Below, in pieces: positions 58,195 to 64,000 of a DNA stretch of 64,000 nt. A program made the position numbers and the translations under genes. The DNA lies in contig OZ244561.1 in the NCBI GenBank assembly GCA_965217585.1, positions 6,464,001 to 6,528,000 of the forward strand, written 5' to 3'. Source of the stretch: Candidatus Latescibacterota bacterium (GTDB taxonomy: Bacteria > Latescibacterota > UBA2968 > UBA8231). The notes under the pieces are model-generated. The model ran no database searches. It was not told the DNA's origin and saw nothing but the letters and a program-made list of their open reading frames with translations. The stretch's first letter is position 1. Each line of letters begins with the position of its first letter.

Positions 58195-60498
58195 CTAGTA
58201 AACCACCGACACCCCCCACCGCACCTTCTCCACCCGGGCATCTCCCTCCATGTGCAGTTCCAGCAGATACAGCCCTGGCACCACCAGCCTGCCGCTGCTG
58301 TCCCGCCCATCCCAGATCAGTTCCCGATGACCGGCCAGCCCCTTCCCTTCGACCTCCCCGAGCAAACGCCCGGAGAGATCGAACACGCGCATCCGCAGCG
58401 GCCGCTGCTCCAGCACATTGACCAGATCGACCGAGACCACCAGCACATCGTTGCGCCTATCTCCGTTCGGTGTGAGCACCCGGGTATCGAGCTCCGCATT
58501 GGCGAACAGGCGGGCAGAAACCGGCAGACTCACCACGTTGGTGCTGCTCTCCACCGCCGGAGCCGCGTCTCCAGGCTCCACCGCCTGGCGGCCTAATTCC
58601 TCCTGCCCGCTGTCCACCAGAAAGACATCGAAGCGCGTCGACTGCAAAAAGACCGAAGACGTGAAGCGCAGCTCCACCAGCTCCCGCTGCCGGATCGGGC
58701 GCGGAAACTCGACCTGAAATCCCTCCCCGGTTTCCTCTACCTCCGCTTCCGCCGGCTTCTCACCGACCAGCACCTCCCTGAACTGCATCGGCGCCGAGGC
58801 CACCACCATCAGCCGGTCGAATCCCGACGTCCGCCCGGGCCGCACGAAGTACGAAAACTCCGTCGCCTCGCCCGGCAGCACCTCAGTTGGGAAGATCTCG
58901 CCCACCACCTCGTCGGCCAGCGGCTCGTAGAACTCCACCTCAAGATAGTCCAGGGACGCCGCCCGGTCCGGATTTTCGGACACCAGACTTACCTCCAGCT
59001 CCATATAGCGGCGGGGGGAAGGGGACTGGAATCTCTGATCCGGTGCCAGATAGACATTGCTCCAGGGGCTCTGGTCGTCTCCCGGCACCGAAGTAGTATC
59101 CACGGATCCTCGGAAGCTGGGGATCAGTTTGTCCCACTTCCTTTTGGTCACTTGCTTGCCGTTCTTGTCGTAGTAGGTGATGTCGTACCGCACCTCGTTG
59201 CTCGTGCGGCTGCGCACCTCGATCCGAGCGTCCGGTGAGGTATCTGCCCGCCAGCGGATGGCGCTCACCTGTTTGTTCCCTTTCAGGTCAATCAGCGGGG
59301 AGCGGAAAGTCACCCTGGCGGGATGTCCCTCGCCGAAGACCTGCAACTCGCGTGTACTGCCATAGAAATTGCAGGGATTTGCTACACTGCTGGCCCAGAG
59401 CGCCGCGCAGGCAGCGTCGAAATACACCCAGGCGATGCGCACGTACCGGGTCTGAATGAGTTCGAAGTGGTGCTCGGCGAAAGGCCAAAGTTGGTGCTGG
59501 GCGGTACTCTTGCCGACGAAGTGCCGGTGCCAGATGCGGGTCCCATCCGGTGCCAGGGAGCCGGCCGAACTTAGCACCTCGTAGGTGTCGAAGTCGAAAT
59601 AGCTTCGCGACCTGGGACCCAACAGGAAATGGCCCACGATGCGCACCAAGTCCACCCAGTACACGGCGCCCAGATCCAGCGTCATGTGTGAGATGACGTT
59701 GACCTGGCTGTTGATTCGGCGGGGCTGGAGCCATGCGGAGAAGTTCCCGTCCGCGATGGACATGGCATTGCCTAGGGTAACGGCGTCGCTGGCACCCTCC
59801 ACGTCCAGGACGATCTCCAGTCCTCCCCCTCTTTCCAGTAGACCCAGCGTAATATTGTCGCCGATGGCCTCCACTTCCACTTCCACCAGGCGCGCTCCGG
59901 CAACGTGGAGCAGCGACTCCACCCTCAGGAACTGGACTGGCGGTTGTTTGGCCAGGTCCAGGTCCAGGGTCACCCGGTGTCTTTTGTTCTCCTTGAACCG
60001 TTCCCGGAAGCGGTAGATCAGGCTGCTTTCGACGATATTGCCGACCGCGTCGATGGCCGATTCGCCCGTCGACAGGAAGAGTCTGAAAAGTTCAAAAGGC
60101 GGGGCTTCTTCGTCGAAAACCAGGGTCACTCCCCTAGCCGCAACAGCTCTGCCCAGATCGATCTCGATGAACCAATCTTCGGGGGAATCATTCGGGTCCA
60201 GGCTCCAGCCGGTGGCCGGATCGCCATCCATGACGAACGCGGCCTGTCCTGAATTCGAGCCAACGCTGCGGATGCCGCCGCCGAAATCCGCGGCGTTGAG
60301 CGCGGCGTTGATCTCCTTGCGGATGCGGACCGGACGGATCGTGCCGTTCTGTGTGAGTTCAACCGCACCGAGCGGGAGTTCCCATCGCCTCCATTCCGAC
60401 GCCGTGTCAAAGCGCATCTGCTCTCCGTATCCCCCCAGCGCCGTGCATCCGCACAGTGCCAGAGAGCGAAGAACCTGGAAACGGACTCGATTGTCCAT
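58195..60498 (-). CDS. Exported protein with discoidin-like domains and C-terminal FlgD-Ig-like domain
   Basis: MDGDPATGW..IEIDLGR; TPNGDRRND..VFDLSGRL..WDGRDSSGRLVVPGLY. Confidence 0.8.
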   Translation of the reverse strand: MDNRVRFQVLRSLALCGCTALGGYGEQMRFDTASEWRRWELPLGAVELTQNGTIRPVRIRKEINAALNAADFGGGIRSVGSNSGQAAFVMDGDPATGWSLDPNDSPEDWFIEIDLGRAVAARGVTLVFDEEAPPFELFRLFLSTGESAIDAVGNIVESSLIYRFRERFKENKRHRVTLDLDLAKQPPVQFLRVESLLHVAGARLVEVEVEAIGDNITLGLLERGGGLEIVLDVEGASDAVTLGNAMSIADGNFSAWLQPRRINSQVNVISHMTLDLGAVYWVDLVRIVGHFLLGPRSRSYFDFDTYEVLSSAGSLAPDGTRIWHRHFVGKSTAQHQLWPFAEHHFELIQTRYVRIAWVYFDAACAALWASSVANPCNFYGSTRELQVFGEGHPARVTFRSPLIDLKGNKQVSAIRWRADTSPDARIEVRSRTSNEVRYDITYYDKNGKQVTKRKWDKLIPSFRGSVDTTSVPGDDQSPWSNVYLAPDQRFQSPSPRRYMELEVSLVSENPDRAASLDYLEVEFYEPLADEVVGEIFPTEVLPGEATEFSYFVRPGRTSGFDRLMVVASAPMQFREVLVGEKPAEAEVEETGEGFQVEFPRPIRQRELVELRFTSSVFLQSTRFDVFLVDSGQEELGRQAVEPGDAAPAVESSTNVVSLPVSARLFANAELDTRVLTPNGDRRNDVLVVSVDLVNVLEQRPLRMRVFDLSGRLLGEVEGKGLAGHRELIWDGRDSSGRLVVPGLYLLELHMEGDARVEKVRWGVSVVY

Positions 60499-60556
60499 AG
60501 CGAAACTCCCGCACTGGAACGGCTGGTGGGTTCTATGTTTGCTATGTTCTGCTATG

Positions 60557-60985
60557 TTAGGCGTGGCAATAATAAACCATTATCGCCGTAACTGCCACAT
60601 CACGACCATGACGCACGCAAGCGATCTCGGCTGCGCTCACTACTATGAGAACGGTCACAATACTCCAGAGCACGCCGGCACCTTTGGTAGAAAGAGAAAG
60701 GTCCCCGAACAACAGCCACGCTGCAAGAACCAAGGCACCACAGAGGTTAATCACAATCGCTCCACCAAGCCCAAGACCGCGTCCGCGAACGCGGTCCGCC
60801 CGCCGCTCTATCCAAAGCGCGATGCCAATGCCAAACAGCACGGCACCAAGGATGCTGGGATAGAACGCTGAGGCGGGTTGAGGAATCCCCAGGAAGGAGA
60901 CGAAGTCTCTTGGGAACACAATCAGGAATGCGCCCAGTCCAAAGTTGATGAAGCCGTCGATACCAATCAATAGCGAGTGTCTCAT
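60557..60985 (-). CDS. Small 4-TM membrane protein
   Basis: 142 aa hydrophobic; FYPSILGAVLFGIGIAL, GLGLGGAIVINL. Confidence 0.75.
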   Translation of the reverse strand: MRHSLLIGIDGFINFGLGAFLIVFPRDFVSFLGIPQPASAFYPSILGAVLFGIGIALWIERRADRVRGRGLGLGGAIVINLCGALVLAAWLLFGDLSLSTKGAGVLWSIVTVLIVVSAAEIACVRHGRDVAVTAIMVYYCHA

Positions 60986-61193
60986 GGATCATCCCATCAA
61001 TCGCATAGACCCTTGTAGCGAAGCCGTCACACCAATTGGACCCCATGTTGAATTTGCGAACCGGAGAATCGAAAAGCATGTATGAGGGGGCGCAACTCCT
61101 CGATAAAGCGCCAGATACCAAAAGACCCCGATAGGCTCTGCCATCGGGGTCTAGTGTCAACTAACGAGTCGCCTAAGTTGGCGGCCAAAAAAA

Positions 61194-61269
61194 TGGCTCC
61201 GCGGGTAGGATTCGAACCTACGACCAAGTGGTTAACAGCCACCCGCTCTGCCAGCTGAGCTACCGCGGA
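61194..61269 (-). tRNA. tRNA-Asn (GTT)
   Basis: TCCGCGGTAGCTCAGCTGGCAGAGCGGGTGGCTGTTAACCACTTGGTCGTAGGTTCGAATCCTACCCGCGGAGCCA; cloverleaf, encoded CCA. Confidence 0.98.
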
Positions 61270-61369
61270 ATGAACAAATATACTAACGAAAAATCGGGCA
61301 AAAATCAAATAAGGCCAAGACGCCAGCGGCCTTGCTCACCCACTTTTCTCACCCCGCAGCAGCGGATAA

Positions 61370-62215
61370 TTAGTCCGCGTAGTACTCCTTGAGAGAGTCG
61401 CAACGAGCGGGATGGCGGAGCTTCTGTAGGGCTTTTTCCTTGATTTGCCGCACCCGCTCCCGAGTGCGCCCTACGTAAGCCCCGATCTTCTCCAAAGTCA
61501 TCGGCTCGTGCCCATCCAATCCGTAATACATCTTCAAGACACGCGCCTCGCCCTCGCTCAGGACGTGCATGGCGTTGAAAATCTCCGCTTTGAGCTCGTC
61601 GCTGGAGAGGACCTCGTCGCTGGAAGGCTGGCTGTAGTCGGGAAGCAAATCGCCGAAACAGCGATCCGGTTCGGATTCGTCGCAGGGCATCTCCAGCGAA
61701 ACGGGTCTTTGGGCCAATCGCAACAGGAGATCCATGTCTCCGGGTTCGACCTCTAGCTCTTCGGCTATTTCATCTACTTCCGGGGGACGCCCCAGTCCCT
61801 GTTCGAGCTTGTTGAGCACCCTGTTGATACGCGTCAACTCGCCGATGCGGTTCAGCGGCAACCGCACGATGCGCGACTGATTGGCCAACGCTTGCAGGAT
61901 AGACTGGCGGATCCACCACACGGCATAGGAAATGAATTTGAAGCCCTTCGTGCCATCAAAGCGCTTGGCGGCGACGATAAGCCCCAAGTTCCCCTCGTTG
62001 ATCAGATCCGAAAGCGGCAAGCCCAGATTCTGATACTGCTTCGCCACGCTTACGACAAAGCGCAAGTTGGCTTTGACCAGATCGGATAGAGCCTCTTCAT
62101 CGCCCTCTTTTATTTGCTGAGCGATGGCCACTTCGTCCTCGGACGATAGCCCGACAGCATCCTCGATCTCGTGGAAATACTGATCGACGATAGAATCGGT
62201 CTGCAAGGTAGTCAT
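61370..62215 (-). CDS. RNA polymerase sigma-70 factor, RpoD/RpoS family (no region 1.1)
   Basis: ANLRFVVSVAKQY, DLINEGNLGL, KFISYAVWWIRQ, TRERVRQIKEKALQKLR. Confidence 0.95.
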   Translation of the reverse strand: MTTLQTDSIVDQYFHEIEDAVGLSSEDEVAIAQQIKEGDEEALSDLVKANLRFVVSVAKQYQNLGLPLSDLINEGNLGLIVAAKRFDGTKGFKFISYAVWWIRQSILQALANQSRIVRLPLNRIGELTRINRVLNKLEQGLGRPPEVDEIAEELEVEPGDMDLLLRLAQRPVSLEMPCDESEPDRCFGDLLPDYSQPSSDEVLSSDELKAEIFNAMHVLSEGEARVLKMYYGLDGHEPMTLEKIGAYVGRTRERVRQIKEKALQKLRHPARCDSLKEYYAD

Positions 62216-62376
62216 AACTTGACGCCTCCTGTTGCTAATGAGCCAGCATGGGGACTCGTGGCTGCATTAAGCTATGATGGTACCTAATGTGGTATGGCTG
62301 GGAGTTTCGGATGTGGGGGAAATACATCCGAAAAGCAAAGCGGTTTAGATAAACCGAATAGGAGAGGATGAAGGCT

Positions 62377-62405
62377 AATATAGGGCCTAAATGTTATATA
62401 ATCAA
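62377..62405 (-). promoter_or_regulatory. Sigma-70-like promoter of the sigma factor gene
   Basis: Minus strand TTGATT-17-TATATT. Confidence 0.6.
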
Positions 62406-62448
62406 CTCTTTTCGTTCTTTTTTGTTCCTTAACTGTTTGGTGTTTGGC

Positions 62449-63891
62449 TCAATCTATGCCGATGGCTTCTTTGGCTAGCCGGACACAACGCTCGACATCG
62501 TAATCGCGCAGAATGGTGATTTTCTGGGTTTCCAGTGAGCCTTCGGCGTGGATGGCCAGTAGCTCATTGTAACCACCAAAGGTCGAAGCCGTCAGGTCGC
62601 GCACCAAGTTGATCGCCTTCAGCCGCGTCTCGGCATCAACCCCGCTCCCACCGCCCAAGAAGTGTTCGATGTAGTCCTTGGTCTCGGGATTCGCCAAGTC
62701 CTCTTCCGACGGCCCGGTGACCACCAGCCCTCCGGCGATGTCCTGGACCCAAGACACGGCTTGGTGATAGTTATTGGCGAAGTGAAATTTGGCCAAGTTA
62801 GTGAAGACGACATTGGGCACGGCCGTGCCGTTTGCCGCGATGCGGCAATCGTGGGCCGCGGCCAAGGTCAGCCCTCGGACGGTCTCGGCATAGGTGATGA
62901 GCTTGGTCAGTTTCTCGCGCACATGGCTGGCCTTGGCGATGCCGTTGTACTGGGCTAGGAGCGCCGCCGCCCCGATAAAGAGGTCGCAGAGCGGCGGTTT
63001 GTAGGAGGCGGCCGTAAAGCGGTGAAATTCGACGAACGCGTTGGCCAGTGGCCCGGCGTATTGCCACTCCCCCTTGAGGAAGACGCGCTCGTTGGGAATA
63101 AAGACATCGTCGAAGATCGTCAGTGTGTCGATCATGCGGTGCTCAGAGCTGACCGGGTGGTGGAACTGGCTCACCGGAGGCGAGCCAAAAGGGCTGGCGA
63201 TCAGCTTAATCCCCGGGGTATTGACCGACGTGGCAAAGGCAACAGCATAGGCCGCGTCCGCCTCCTTGAGCGCGCGAGTCGGCAAGACGATGAGTTCATC
63301 TACATATGGGGCGCATGTCGTATGGGCTTTGGCTCCGCGCACCACGATCCCATCGCTCCGCTCTTCGACAATGTGGACATAGTAGTCGGGGTGCGCTTGC
63401 TGCGAGGGCAAGAGGCTGCGGTCGCCCTTTACGTCGGTTTGGGCCACGGCCAAGCTCAGGTCGCGCTGTTTGCACTCGCGGTGGAAGGCTTGTACGCGCG
63501 CATTGTATTGCCTACCGGCATTTTGGTCCAAATGGTCGGAGACCAAGTCGAGGGCGAAGAGCGCGTCGGTGCCAATTTCCTTGATTAGCAACACCACACT
63601 GCTGCAAAGCCGCGTCGAACGCTCAATCATCTCGCGCCGGTTGAGCAAATCCGCGGCATCCGTCGGCGTCTTAAAGTAGCGACTGACGGGTTCGCCCAGT
63701 TCTTCATCCATCCAAGTCATCAGGTCGCGGTGCGCCCGGTCCTCGGCCAGTTCAAAATCCAAGGCGACGTGATCCACCCCAATCCCCAAGTCGTCATGCG
63801 CGGTTACGTCCTCGACCCGCTCTCCCCGATGATACACCTCGCGCCCGTCGCGCAAGCCCTCTTTAAATTCGGCGGCGCTACGCAAGCCCAT
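62449..63891 (-). CDS. 4-hydroxyphenylacetate 3-hydroxylase / 4-hydroxybutyryl-CoA dehydratase family flavoprotein
   Basis: LRDGREVY..GERVEDV, AQTDVKGDRS, GIVVRGAKAH, FDDVFIPNERVFL, DIAGGLVVT. Confidence 0.88.
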   Translation of the reverse strand: MGLRSAAEFKEGLRDGREVYHRGERVEDVTAHDDLGIGVDHVALDFELAEDRAHRDLMTWMDEELGEPVSRYFKTPTDAADLLNRREMIERSTRLCSSVVLLIKEIGTDALFALDLVSDHLDQNAGRQYNARVQAFHRECKQRDLSLAVAQTDVKGDRSLLPSQQAHPDYYVHIVEERSDGIVVRGAKAHTTCAPYVDELIVLPTRALKEADAAYAVAFATSVNTPGIKLIASPFGSPPVSQFHHPVSSEHRMIDTLTIFDDVFIPNERVFLKGEWQYAGPLANAFVEFHRFTAASYKPPLCDLFIGAAALLAQYNGIAKASHVREKLTKLITYAETVRGLTLAAAHDCRIAANGTAVPNVVFTNLAKFHFANNYHQAVSWVQDIAGGLVVTGPSEEDLANPETKDYIEHFLGGGSGVDAETRLKAINLVRDLTASTFGGYNELLAIHAEGSLETQKITILRDYDVERCVRLAKEAIGID

Positions 63892-63907
63892 AAGGCCCCC
63901 TTCCCTT

Positions 63908-64000
63908 TCAATTTCTCAGTGGTTTACCCGTGTGCAGCATGTGTGCGATGCGCTGTCGCGTGCGCTCGGTGCCGCATAGATGCAGAAAGACCTCGCGTTC
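63908..64000 (-). CDS. 3' end of 3-hydroxyacyl-CoA dehydrogenase/enoyl-CoA hydratase (FadN-like)
   Basis: Manual translation [30 protein letters not shown], the FadN-type C-terminus; partial. Confidence 0.8.
   Translation of the reverse strand, partial: EREVFLHLCGTERTRQRIAHMLHTGKPLRN

Larger units (their letters stand above)
57348..61203. mobile_element. Putative decayed genomic island at the tRNA-Asn 3' end (no integrase left)
   Basis: tggctccccg at 57348 matches tRNA 3' end tggctccgcg at 61194 (9/10); enclosed genes are CCWGG-rich unlike native genes. Confidence 0.5.

Noticed and set aside
61027-61308. 93-aa ORF
   Set aside because: Translation across tRNA-Asn
1-64000. Frequent CTAG/TAG suggesting amber recoding or pyrrolysine
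   Set aside because: Recognisable genes end at TAG at the expected length and none needs readthrough; better explained by CCWGG mutation

Overview
64 kb of a high-GC (roughly 60-65% by eye) bacterial chromosome. It is mostly metabolic and housekeeping genes: gdhA, ftsH, an orphan E2 acyltransferase, an XdhC/MocA-like/nitrilase operon, hemE, CBS-korA-korB-CBS, msrAB, tRNA-Asn, a sigma-70 factor and an HpaB/4HBD-family flavoprotein. FlgD/Secretion-tail-like domains, a DUF6785-type membrane protein and eukaryote-like repeat proteins (PD40+WD40, LRR+leishmanolysin) suggest an FCB-group organism such as Latescibacterota/Gemmatimonadota, possibly host/sponge-associated (inference only). Accessory DNA: (1) a TonB receptor/DUF4249 pair bracketed by a duplicated 54-bp sigma-70 promoter; (2) a ~3 kb patch with a tnpB remnant and deletion-fused gene scraps; (3) an MmeI-like R-M gene with an apparent in-frame internal deletion, plus hicBA; (4) a ~3.9 kb putative island at tRNA-Asn. 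Native genes are depleted of CCWGG and rich in its deamination products (CCAAG/CTTGG/CTAGG/CCTAG), while the islands keep CCWGG. Several enzyme homologues (UvrA-like, M28-like, GH-like, LarA-like) have altered catalytic motifs. No CRISPR array, rRNA, intact transposase/integrase or prophage was seen. I cannot demonstrate a complete new system; the best candidates are the shuffled-repeat surface protein, the DUF6785/M28-like membrane module and the CCWGG signature.
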